A stretch of DNA of 63,820 nt, filler included, from Myxococcota bacterium (GTDB lineage: Bacteria > Myxococcota_C > UBA6777): NCBI GenBank assembly GCA_023150835.1. It is 4 parts of 4 records of this genome, joined end to end, with 100 filler letters (N's around TTAATTAATTAA, not from the genome) between each part and the next. Parts side by side here need not be neighbours in the genome. Positions count along the whole stretch, not along the records: positions 19,125 to 37,686 come from JAKLKB010000135.1; 3 more parts are not named here. One strand, 5' to 3'. The notes below the pieces were generated by a model that saw only the letters and a list, made by a program, of their open reading frames with translations, made no database searches and was not told the origin of the DNA. Below, piece by piece: positions 20,472 to 29,522 of the stretch. The stretch's first letter is position 1. Each line of letters opens with the position of its first letter. A program made the translations under genes and the position numbers.

Positions 20472-21011
20472 ATGCTTCCACTCGCAGGTATCGCAGCAAA
20501 ATTCGCAGCCCCTATCCTCGGTAAAGTGCTCGGTGGCGTTCTTGGTGGTGCAGGTGGCGGCGCAGGCGGCCTTCTCGGTGGTATCCTCGGCGGCGGTGGT
20601 CAAGGTCTCATGGGCGGCATCATGAAAATGCTCGGTGGTGCCAATCCCTTCGGCATGATCAACCAAGCCATGCAAGCCTTCCAAGGCTTGATGGGTGGCA
20701 ATCAAGCAGGTGGCGCAGGCGGCCTTGGTGGCGCAGCAAACATGGGCCAGTTCCCCCAAATGCCCAACCCCGTCAATCCCACAGGAAACCTCGGCAACAA
20801 CATCATGGGTCCCCAACAAGGTGCCATGAACCAACTCCAAGGTCTCCAAAACCAGATCGCTGGTACTGATATCGGCGCACTCAACAAAAACCCCGCTGGC
20901 ATGATGAAGCTCCAAGAAGATATGCAAAAAATGCAAGAGATGTTTGAGACCATGTCCAAGATCTCCAAAAAACTCCACGACATCACCATGTCCATCCTCC
21001 GCAACATCTGA
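20472..21011 (+). CDS. Gly/Gln-rich protein with T3SS needle (SctF)-like C-terminus, copy 2
   Basis: AAAGGAG Shine-Dalgarno; Gly-rich amphipathic N-half; C-terminal 42 aa align with the PrgI/YscF C-terminal helix. Confidence 0.78.
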   Translation: MLPLAGIAAKFAAPILGKVLGGVLGGAGGGAGGLLGGILGGGGQGLMGGIMKMLGGANPFGMINQAMQAFQGLMGGNQAGGAGGLGGAANMGQFPQMPNPVNPTGNLGNNIMGPQQGAMNQLQGLQNQIAGTDIGALNKNPAGMMKLQEDMQKMQEMFETMSKISKKLHDITMSILRNI

Positions 21012-21033
21012 TCCCTCTCTGCGGCCCCTTCTC

Positions 21034-21066
21034 AAAGCCTCCTTCCCTTCGGGTTGGGGGCTTTTT
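21034..21066 (+). terminator. Rho-independent terminator
   Basis: Same hairpin and U-tract as 19481-19513. Confidence 0.85.
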
Positions 21067-21464
21067 GCATTTCTCTTCCCCCCTCCCGCTTCTAATTCTT
21101 TCTCTTCCCCCGCTTCTCTCTAATACGAGACCCATCGAGCCGCGCTCCCTGCGGGGTGTGCGAACTCTCTCCCCATCAAACAATCTGTTGTGATCGAGAA
21201 TCTTTGCGATCATCCTTGATGGGCCTTCTTTTCGTTTGCGATCTCTTTTGGGCCTTCTTTTCGTTTGTGAGCATCCACTCTGCGCGATCATGATCCAAGG
21301 ATGCGTTGGGGATATGGATAACTCTTTGATATTGAACCGATATTAGAAAATCTAAAAAAACAAGAAACGGATCACACACACAGACGATACTTATCTCGAA
21401 ACAAACACGGTGGGCAGCGTCCTCACCGACACAAAACAAAAACAACTTTGTAAGGAGAACGAAT

Positions 21465-21983
21465 ATGCTAGGAGCACTCGGCGGAATCACCAACCAAATC
21501 CTCAAAAGCGCAGTGGGCGGCGGCTTTGGCGCGCTCGGTGGCATCGCAGGCCAGATGGCACAAAGCCTTGTCGGCAGCATCGCAGGTGGCCTCGGTGGCA
21601 TGGGTGGAATGGGCGGCGCAGGCGGTGGGTTTGGTATCCTCAATCAAGCCATGCAAGCTTTCCAAGGTCTCTTTGGCGGCATGAACCCCGGAAACGTGGG
21701 TGGTGCGCTCGGTGGTGGCGGTTTCCCCCAATTCCCCAACCCCGTCAACCCCACAGGCAATCTCGGCGGCGGTATCATGGGTCCCCAACAAGGCGCCATG
21801 AACCAACTCCAAGGTCTCCAAAACCAGATCGCTGGTACCGATATCGGCGCACTCAACAAAAACCCCGCTGGCATGATGAAGCTCCAAGAAGATATGCAAA
21901 AAATGCAAGAGATGTTTGAAACCATGTCCAAGATCTCCAAAAAGCTCCACGACATCACCATGTCCATCCTCCGCAACATCTGA
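21465..21983 (+). CDS. Gly/Gln-rich protein with T3SS needle (SctF)-like C-terminus, copy 3
   Basis: TAAGGAG Shine-Dalgarno; divergent N-half; C-terminal ~69 aa identical to the other copies. Confidence 0.78.
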   Translation: MLGALGGITNQILKSAVGGGFGALGGIAGQMAQSLVGSIAGGLGGMGGMGGAGGGFGILNQAMQAFQGLFGGMNPGNVGGALGGGGFPQFPNPVNPTGNLGGGIMGPQQGAMNQLQGLQNQIAGTDIGALNKNPAGMMKLQEDMQKMQEMFETMSKISKKLHDITMSILRNI

Positions 21984-22008
21984 TCCCTCCCCTCCCTTCG
22001 GCCTCTTC

Positions 22009-22041
22009 AAAGCCTCCTTCCCTTCGGGTTGGAGGCTTTTT
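22009..22041 (+). terminator. Rho-independent terminator
   Basis: AAAGCCTCC/GGAGGCTTT stem, UUCG loop, U-tract. Confidence 0.85.
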
Positions 22042-22222
22042 GCGTCTCCGCTGTGGCCCACGAATCGGGGCTTTTTGCGTCTCCGCTGTGGCCCACGAAT
22101 CGGGGCTTTTCGCCTCTCTGCTCCTCCTCACAACCACTTTTCGCTTTTTTCCACACGCCTGCTCTTGTACACTCGTTTCTTCTGAAATGTGCTTTTGCGA
22201 GCCTGTTGTTCGGAGAGATCGG

Positions 22223-23221
22223 ATGTCACAAGAATTTTTTCGCCTTGGCGCGATCAACCTTGCGCCTTGTTGGGAGCCGATGATCCACCCTTCGATCCGC
22301 GCCCTAACCTTCCCACCCGTCCCCCAAGTCGATTGCAACAATTGCCGCATGGTGAATGCGCGCCTTTTTCCTGCGCATGTGAAATGTTGTAGTCGCACCC
22401 CTGATCTCCCTAATTTTTTGATCGGCTCGTTGCTTGTCGAAGGCCCCGAAACGCATGGAAAACAGGTGGTTCGCGATTGGATTGTCCAACGTCGAACCGA
22501 TCCGTTGTATGCGCTGGTTCCGCCTCAACGCCGCCAAGAAGAATCGGGTCTTCATTCCTTTGAGGCTTGGCCTGTTTGCCCGATGTACAAGGAGGGTGGT
22601 TGTTCGATCTACGCCCACCGACCGTATGTTTGCATGGGATACCATTGCTTTTTTCCCGATCCTCCCGAACTGTACGCTTTTTGGAATAGCCTTTCTTCTT
22701 TGTTGGCTTTGATCTCTGTGTGCGCCTCGCAGTTTCTTGCGATCCGATGTGGTCTCGATACGCAAAGCTTTCGCCGCGCATGGGGCGCGTTTCCCAACGA
22801 AGAAGAGGCGTGGCCGGACAGTCAACAGCTCGATCCCAACCTGCATCAGCAACTGTGGGCATCTCTTGGCGCACCTTCCGAATTTTACCAACGCTGTTAT
22901 CGCTACATCCTCGATCACCGAGAGACCATCCTTTACGAACTGGATCAATTCCGCCGCGAGCAGTTGATCCGCTTCCTTGCGGTCGAAGATCACCCCGATC
23001 CACTACGCGAACACGTGATCCGTCAACAACCCACCGAACCCTCGCCGATCGCCCCTGAACCAGAGGATCACAAACGATACATGAAAGAACTCATCCTTGG
23101 GCCTGATAAACATCGCTGGACTTTTCGCGAGATCGAAGGCCACGTCCTCTGGTATTATCACCGCGTCTTTGCAAAGTCCCATCCCTCCGATGTCTTCTCA
23201 CCCGACGCACCCAATCCTTAA
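22223..23221 (+). CDS. YkgJ / CxxCxxCC family cysteine-cluster (putative Fe-S/Zn) protein
   Basis: CNNC...KCC and CPMY...GCSIYAHRPYVCMGYHC pattern; start ATG 22223 after GGAG. Confidence 0.75.
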   Translation: MSQEFFRLGAINLAPCWEPMIHPSIRALTFPPVPQVDCNNCRMVNARLFPAHVKCCSRTPDLPNFLIGSLLVEGPETHGKQVVRDWIVQRRTDPLYALVPPQRRQEESGLHSFEAWPVCPMYKEGGCSIYAHRPYVCMGYHCFFPDPPELYAFWNSLSSLLALISVCASQFLAIRCGLDTQSFRRAWGAFPNEEEAWPDSQQLDPNLHQQLWASLGAPSEFYQRCYRYILDHRETILYELDQFRREQLIRFLAVEDHPDPLREHVIRQQPTEPSPIAPEPEDHKRYMKELILGPDKHRWTFREIEGHVLWYYHRVFAKSHPSDVFSPDAPNP

Positions 23222-23247
23222 ATCTTCTCCACACAGGAAGGATCGTC

Positions 23248-24006
23248 GTGATGTTGTTTCTCCAAGATCCCGCCGAATCAAAGCTACAACGGCTCTTTCA
23301 ACGCGTTGTCTCCCATCTTCACCGCCTCACTTTTTCGCTCACCTTTCCTCTCTACGAATGGCTGTATCTTCTCTGGTCTTGCCCCGAGATGCTTCCGTCC
23401 CTTTGGCGGATCTTGAGTTTTTCGTGGGGGCGTGATCCCTATACCGCGATCACGCGGATGCCACACGATCTGCGCGAACACCGTCATCCCGATGATCTGG
23501 TGTACGGCGAGATCATCCTCCCCACGTTTGATCGGATCTTGCGATCTCTTCAACTCGGAGCAACCGATCGCTTTGTCGATCTCGGATGTGGACGGGGCCG
23601 GCTTGTGATGATGGCCGCTGCAAGGGGGATTCGAGCGCATGGCATCGAGCTTGTCCCGCTGCATCTTCGCTGCGCCAAGTATGCCGCTTCACCCTATCTT
23701 CCGCTGGCCTCCTTTGAACAAGCCGATATCCTTCAGGCTGATCTTTCACAAGCGACCGTCTTTTGGGCTTCTGGAACTTGTTGGAGCGATCCCCTTCGCG
23801 AGCAGATCGCTGCGCGTATCGCGCAACTTCTCCCAAATACCCGCGTGATCTCCGTCTCCTCGCCGCTTCCTCACCCTCAACTGGAGACCCTTTGCACCTT
23901 CTACGGTTGGACCACATGGGGCCGCGACGCCTTCTTTCTTCAACGTGTCCTCCCCAAACCCCAAGAAGCCCTTCCACCCGCATCTTTCCCATCACTCGGG
24001 ACTTGA
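23248..24006 (+). CDS. Class I SAM-dependent methyltransferase, DOT1-like
   Basis: LVYGEI...L.L...DRFVDLGCGRGRLV...AHGIELVP...FEQADIL, matching the YGE..F.DLG.G.G pattern of DOT1-like enzymes. Confidence 0.8.
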   Translation: MMLFLQDPAESKLQRLFQRVVSHLHRLTFSLTFPLYEWLYLLWSCPEMLPSLWRILSFSWGRDPYTAITRMPHDLREHRHPDDLVYGEIILPTFDRILRSLQLGATDRFVDLGCGRGRLVMMAAARGIRAHGIELVPLHLRCAKYAASPYLPLASFEQADILQADLSQATVFWASGTCWSDPLREQIAARIAQLLPNTRVISVSSPLPHPQLETLCTFYGWTTWGRDAFFLQRVLPKPQEALPPASFPSLGT

Positions 24007-24309
24007 CTGCACAAACCCTCACATGACCTCTTGCATACTTGAGTTCAAAACGTGCGAGAACTCTACAGGTCGAACCCGTCAACAAACTCCAACACGACAT
24101 CTTGCGCGCTGGCGATGCTGCTTTTGCGACATCTCGTCAAACACACCGCAGGAAAATCTCTTCGAGAAAGATTTGCGCCCCACATCAAAAAGCCCTAGAT
24201 TGCTCGTGTTTGTGCGATACCCCAGACGCTTTTTGCGTGTGACATATCGCGGCATGGATCTTGTTGTCGGCGCGTGGGCCTCTCGATCTCGGCGCATTTG
24301 CCTTCAAAC

Positions 24310-24490
24310 GTAGGGGCAGCCCCCTGTGGCTGCCCAGCCATCGCGTGGGCCTCTCGATCTCGGCGCGTTTGCCTATCGCAAGAGGCCGTCTTTTGGAGGC
24401 GATCTTTGAGTGATACGAAAGCCGCCCGTTGTTTGATCGCAATAGGTCGGGGCAGCCCCCTGTGGCTGCCCAACCACAGGGCGTCTACGT
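24310..24490. repeat. Cluster of GTAG-type REP palindromes
   Basis: GTAGGGGCAGCCCCCTGTGGCTGCCC at 24310 and GGGGCAGCCCCCTGTGGCTGCCC..AGGGCGTCTAC at 24449-24489; same unit at 44760. Confidence 0.7.
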
Positions 24491-24527
24491 ACTGCCTTTT
24501 GTGTACACTTCACTCGGATATCGCATT

Positions 24528-24543
24528 CGGCACTCGAATCGCT
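24528..24543 (+). promoter_or_regulatory. Candidate sigma-54 (-24/-12) promoter for gspC
   Basis: CGGCACTCGAATCGCT = GG-N10-GC with GGCAC core, ~40 bp before the ATG. Confidence 0.4.
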
Positions 24544-24581
24544 GTTTTTCTGTCTTGCCCCGTTGATCGGAGCTATTCGTC

Positions 24582-25589
24582 ATGGTCAAATTTTTCTTCG
24601 GACAACATTTTTGGATCTTTATCGTGTTCTTTCTCACCAGCGCGAGCTACCTCAGCGCTCTGAGCGTCAATCATCTCTTGCGTCTTTCGATCAAGCCCGC
24701 TGCAAGCGCCCCATTGATCGCAAGTGAGGACGGCGATCTGCAACTCGCCAAAACCCGCAAAGATGCACGCGTGATCCTTCAAAGCAACAACATCTTCGAC
24801 CCCAACGCCAAACCCATCACTCCCCAAGAAGCCGCAGCCATCGACAAATCCAAAGAGAAAAAACCAACCCCCAAAAAGATCGATGAGTTCGGTTGCCCTC
24901 CCGTCGACGAACAACGCGAATACCCTGAGTCCCAGATCCGAAACCTCTGGATCAAAGGAACCAGCGTCGCAAGCGATCCCCGCTACAATCTCGCCGCCTT
25001 CTATCTGGATGTCGAAAACGCCAAGCCCGTGTATGACCAAAAAGCACCTTGGCAAAAAACCACCCGCACCGTCGAGATCTTTCGGGTCGGCGATACCCTC
25101 GCCACGACACCTGCAAAGCTGTGTTTTATCGGTGCGCGCCGCGTGGTGTTGATCCATCGCAATACCCTCGAACAGATCTCCCTCGATCCCAAATCCAAAA
25201 AAGGTGCAAAACCCAAGCTATTCGGGGCTTTTGGAGTCGGGCAAACCGAAGAGGAATTCAAAGCCGATCGGGTCGATGATCGCACCATCCAACGCTCTCT
25301 TGTTCAAGACTGGCTCGCCAACCCCATGCAGCACGCCATGAGCGCTCGCGTCATGCCACACTACGAAGGCGGTCAATCCGCAGGCTTTCGCCTCGTTTGG
25401 ATCAAAGAAGGCTCGATTTATTCCAAACTTGGCCTCCAAAGCGGCGATGTTCTCCAGCAGATCAACGGCAAAACTCTCTCCGTCGGTAGCGCCCTCGGCC
25501 TTATGTCCCAACTCCCCTTCGCCAAAAATCTCTCCGTCAACCTCATCCGCCAAGGCGTCCGCCAATCCATCAACTTCAATATCAAATGA
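24582..25589 (+). CDS. gspC: Type II secretion system protein C-like (N-terminal TM, HR domain, C-terminal PDZ)
   Basis: N-terminal TM, ILQSNNIFDP, ARVMPHYEGG...GFRLVWIKEGSIYSKLGLQSGDVLQQING (myxobacterial GspC-type PDZ). Confidence 0.75.
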   Translation: MVKFFFGQHFWIFIVFFLTSASYLSALSVNHLLRLSIKPAASAPLIASEDGDLQLAKTRKDARVILQSNNIFDPNAKPITPQEAAAIDKSKEKKPTPKKIDEFGCPPVDEQREYPESQIRNLWIKGTSVASDPRYNLAAFYLDVENAKPVYDQKAPWQKTTRTVEIFRVGDTLATTPAKLCFIGARRVVLIHRNTLEQISLDPKSKKGAKPKLFGAFGVGQTEEEFKADRVDDRTIQRSLVQDWLANPMQHAMSARVMPHYEGGQSAGFRLVWIKEGSIYSKLGLQSGDVLQQINGKTLSVGSALGLMSQLPFAKNLSVNLIRQGVRQSINFNIK

Positions 25590-25725
25590 TCTTTCCCCCT
25601 TTCAGATATCACAAAACACCCTCAAAAATCTGAGGCTGCTTGAGTCCTTCCACCGCGTTTCGAACCCTGCCACAAGAAACACATCTGTCTGATAAACAAA
25701 AGAAAAACGACGTGATCTTTCCCTT

Positions 25726-25741
25726 CGGTATATGCCTTGCG
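25726..25741 (+). promoter_or_regulatory. Candidate sigma-54 (-24/-12) promoter for the beta-propeller lipoprotein
   Basis: CGGTATATGCCTTGCG = GG-N10-GC with TTGC. Confidence 0.4.
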
Positions 25742-25816
25742 TTCCTGCCTTTTTGACAAGACTCCCCACACCTGATTTTTTGCAGGGAACCCCCCTCAAG
25801 CCAAGGAGACGAAAGC

Positions 25817-28800
25817 ATGAAACCGAAACGTATCTTTCAACAATGGACGCTGACCCTCAGCGCCGCGCTGTTGGGCCTCTGGCTCAGCGCATGTACTGGC
25901 GAGATCCCCGATCCCAACGAGACCCCTACCCCCGGCCAAAAAGAATTCACCACCGAAGAACTCGGCAACAACAGCAACGGTCGCTCTTTCGACGGAGCCT
26001 CCCCCGAAGGCCAAGCCGCACCCAACGCAGGAACCGCTGAACCCGGAGCCAACGCCGATGCCAAAGAAGGCGCTCCTTCCGGTCGTACCGGCACCGTCGA
26101 AGAAGCCGATCTCTACCGCATGAGCGGAAACCTCCTGTTTTACCTCAACACCTACAAAGGTTTGACGGTGTTCGATGTTGCTGATCCCAAACAGCCCAAG
26201 AAGATCTCCAGTCTTCCCGTCTTTGGGTATCCCATCGAAATGTTTGTCAACAAAAACATCGTCTATGCCCTCGTGCGTGACGCACTCTATATGTTGAACG
26301 TCAACGGCAAGTTCGAATTCCACCGCCGTCACGTCTCTCAACTCGTCACCATCGACATCAGCAACCCCCAAACCCCTGTCGTCCTCCAACGCTTCGATAT
26401 CAAAGGCCAACTCCGCGAAGGCGTCTCTCGCAAGATCGATGACACCGTGTATGTCGTCTCTTATACGCCCCGCTGGTACTGGTGGGGCTGGTCCTACGAG
26501 CAACTAGAACGCAAAGAACAAGTCACCGTCTACTCGTTCAACGTCGCAAACCCCACCAACATCACGATGGTTCAGCAACTTGACCTGCTCAAAGAAACCT
26601 CCACCAGCAAAAACTGGGAAGACAAAGGAACCCAATACAGCGAGTCTTCCAACTTTAGCGATATCACCCTCTCCGCAACTTCCAACACCCTTCTCGTCGG
26701 CGAACAATGGTACCACTACAAATCCGCCTACAATCGCAACGGTAGCACCACCAACTGGTGCGAACGCAGCCAATACGAAAACTGGCAAGCGATGAAGATC
26801 AACATCGTCGATATCAGCGATCCCAAGGGCACAATCAAACTCCATACCCGCTTTGAATATCGCGGCCACATGGGCGACCAGTTCAAACAAACCTATGTCT
26901 ATGACGACACCACCAAAAAAGGCACCTACTACGGGATCTTCCAACGCAACGAGTGGAAGCGTGACTCCAACAACTGCAACTCCGAGCGCGTCGTCCGTAA
27001 CACCCTTGTCTCCGTCGATATCACCGATGGCAGCAACCCCGTTGTCCTGCACTCCCTTGACTTCGGCAAACCCAACGAAACCGTTCGTGGCAGCACCTAC
27101 GACGAAAACCGCCGCGTCGTGTACGCCATCACCGCCGTCAACACCGATCCCCTCTACGCGATCAGCTTTGCCGATCCCAAAAACCTCAAAGTCCTCTCCG
27201 CTGTGGACGGACTCAGCGGCGATATGAACGTCTTCCGCTTTGCCGATAGCACCCGCAACTTCTTGATGGGCATCGGACGCGATACCTCTTCCGCTTGTAC
27301 CGGCTTTGACCAAGATTCCCGTAGCACCAACATCGCCGTCAGCATCATGGATGTTCGCGATCTCAACAAAGTCCGCCTCGTTCAACGCAAGTGCGTCGCC
27401 ATCAAAGGCGCACAATGGGTCCATTCCGAACTCAACTGGAACCTCGATCAAGCCCACAAGATGCTCGGTATGTATTCCGACAAAGACGTCAACTTGATCA
27501 CCCTCCCCGTCAGCTACTACTCCCAAAATAGCACCAACGGCTGGTGGTATTCCGAATACAAAAGCGCCATCGGTATTATGCGTTGGGATCTGTCCAAGTA
27601 CGACGACACCAAAGATGAAAAACAACAAAATGTCCTCGAAAACATCGCCTCGATGGAACACCCCAAAGGTAGCGTAAAACGCACCATCATCTTCAAACAC
27701 CAAACCCTCAACGAGCGGATGGTTCTGAACCTCTCCGATACCCACCTCTCCTTGATCGACCTGTCCAACCTCAATAGCCCGAGCTTGCTCTCGACCTTTG
27801 AGTTGGCCCCCTATATCCGCACCGTCTATCGCTTCGGAAAACACCTCGTCGAACAAGTCAATCTTGGCCAATCTTACGACGATTACAACGAATTCCGTGT
27901 CAAAGAGATCGGCTCCACCAACATCAACGACGCCAGCGTCTTGGCCTCCTTCACCGTCGGCAAGATCCAAAGCGTGATCCGTTGGAAAGATTACCTCGTT
28001 CTCTTCCGCTACTACCAAGATCCCAGCAAAACCAACAGCAAAGGTTATCCCGAATACGATTACAACAAATCCGAACTCGTCCTCTACAACTTCTCGAACC
28101 CCCTCAAGCCCGTCATGGCCGGATCTACCGTGATCCCCCGCGCCTTCTATCCCTACTATTACTTCTACTGCGGCTGGTTCGATATGCGCTTCGGATTCGA
28201 TTCGTACTGGTATCCCTACTACAACGGCACTCGTGGTTTCGTCAGCACCGGAACAGGTATCTCTACCATACTCTTCCAATACGACTACCAAAGCCGCACC
28301 AGCAAGCAGTTGCTCTTGACGCTGGACTTTACCAATCCCGCAAAACCCACCTACCAAGAAACCACTATCCCCACCAACAACAACCGTCAGTACATGAGCC
28401 TCGTCTCGATGGACGACAACACCTTCTACATCACCAACCGCGAGCAGATCGGCACCCGCAACCAAAACAACCAAGGCTTCACCATCTTCCGCTATTATGC
28501 AGAGCGTTGGGTGCGCGGAGCCAACGGTTGGGCTTCCTCAGGTCAGATCAACCTCCCCGGTCGCCTCAGCAAAGCATGGGCATACAACGGCAAAGTCAAG
28601 CTCCTTACCAACGATCAGTCCTACATCCTCCGCCAAGTTAAAAACGGCAACAACACCTACAACCAATACCAATCGGTCTTCCGCCTCCACCTGCTTGAGC
28701 AAAGCCAAGACGCCAAGTGGGCCGTCCTTCAAGCCTCCCGTAGCTTCCTGAGCTGGCAACTCAAAGACATGATCGCCGATGGCGACCGCCTCTATCTCAA

Positions 28801-29161
28801 CGCCACCCGCGACTGGTACTATATGCAAGAAAACAAGATCGAATGGTACGATCGCAGCGATACCCTCTCGATCTTCGATCTCTCCAAAAATACCTTCGCC
28901 GAGAAATTCTCCCAAGCCACCCGCACCAGCAACATGCAACTCTCAGGTGTCCAAAATAACCGTCTCTTCATCCAACTCCCCGGTGAAGGTCTCTTGATCG
29001 CCGACGTTGCCGACGCCTCCGCACCCAAAGCCCTCCACTTCGAGCGCACCCTCGGATGGGCACAAAACGTCGAACTCAGCGGTGATTACGCCTTTATCGC
29101 CTCGGGACACTTCGGTATCTACCAAGTCAGCCTCAACAAAGCCACCATCCCCACCCTCTAA
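25817..29161 (+). CDS. Secreted beta-propeller domain lipoprotein
   Basis: Lipobox LSAC; VEEADLY, DPLYAISFADPKNLKVL and repeated (I/V)D(I/V)S.P..P motifs; AAGGAG Shine-Dalgarno. Confidence 0.8.
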   Translation: MKPKRIFQQWTLTLSAALLGLWLSACTGEIPDPNETPTPGQKEFTTEELGNNSNGRSFDGASPEGQAAPNAGTAEPGANADAKEGAPSGRTGTVEEADLYRMSGNLLFYLNTYKGLTVFDVADPKQPKKISSLPVFGYPIEMFVNKNIVYALVRDALYMLNVNGKFEFHRRHVSQLVTIDISNPQTPVVLQRFDIKGQLREGVSRKIDDTVYVVSYTPRWYWWGWSYEQLERKEQVTVYSFNVANPTNITMVQQLDLLKETSTSKNWEDKGTQYSESSNFSDITLSATSNTLLVGEQWYHYKSAYNRNGSTTNWCERSQYENWQAMKINIVDISDPKGTIKLHTRFEYRGHMGDQFKQTYVYDDTTKKGTYYGIFQRNEWKRDSNNCNSERVVRNTLVSVDITDGSNPVVLHSLDFGKPNETVRGSTYDENRRVVYAITAVNTDPLYAISFADPKNLKVLSAVDGLSGDMNVFRFADSTRNFLMGIGRDTSSACTGFDQDSRSTNIAVSIMDVRDLNKVRLVQRKCVAIKGAQWVHSELNWNLDQAHKMLGMYSDKDVNLITLPVSYYSQNSTNGWWYSEYKSAIGIMRWDLSKYDDTKDEKQQNVLENIASMEHPKGSVKRTIIFKHQTLNERMVLNLSDTHLSLIDLSNLNSPSLLSTFELAPYIRTVYRFGKHLVEQVNLGQSYDDYNEFRVKEIGSTNINDASVLASFTVGKIQSVIRWKDYLVLFRYYQDPSKTNSKGYPEYDYNKSELVLYNFSNPLKPVMAGSTVIPRAFYPYYYFYCGWFDMRFGFDSYWYPYYNGTRGFVSTGTGISTILFQYDYQSRTSKQLLLTLDFTNPAKPTYQETTIPTNNNRQYMSLVSMDDNTFYITNREQIGTRNQNNQGFTIFRYYAERWVRGANGWASSGQINLPGRLSKAWAYNGKVKLLTNDQSYILRQVKNGNNTYNQYQSVFRLHLLEQSQDAKWAVLQASRSFLSWQLKDMIADGDRLYLNATRDWYYMQENKIEWYDRSDTLSIFDLSKNTFAEKFSQATRTSNMQLSGVQNNRLFIQLPGEGLLIADVADASAPKALHFERTLGWAQNVELSGDYAFIASGHFGIYQVSLNKATIPTL

Positions 29162-29245
29162 TCTCCCCCATCTACCGTCCTCTTCCCTCTCCTCTAGCCT
29201 TTCTCGTCTGGTTTCTCTCCCTCAACTGTTTTTTTACTTTGGTGG

Positions 29246-29370
29246 TGCGGGGGTGGAACCCCACGCCCCGCCATAGACTTGCGCCCCTTGACCCCGTATC
29301 GGCGGGGCGAATAGACGTTTTTTCAAACCAACGTCTGCGCCGCTTGAAGTGTCGCAAACATGGGGGTTTT
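29246..29370 (-). repeat. Copy of ~120-bp double-hairpin element
   Basis: CCCCACGCCCC..CCCCTTGACCCCGTATCGGCG..CCAACG..CGCTTG..GGGGTTTT. Confidence 0.65.
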
Positions 29371-29522
29371 GGAAGGCGAGGGCTTGCATTCAGGGGGGGA
29401 GATGGTGATCTGCGATCCGAGTTTTTCGGGGAAGTGATCCGCGTGAGGCGGAGCAACGTAGACGGCTTGTCTTTCGCAATACAGCCGCGAAAACAAACGG
29501 CCCGAAAATACAGGAGGAATCC

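Noticed and set aside
20331-21392. Shared CGATACT motif upstream of array copies 2 and 3 as a sigma-28 or sigma-54 promoter
   Set aside because: No matching -35 TAAA at the right spacing and no -12 GC; too weak to call
26504-28474. 656-aa - strand ORF
   Set aside because: Antisense shadow of the beta-propeller gene caused by codon bias
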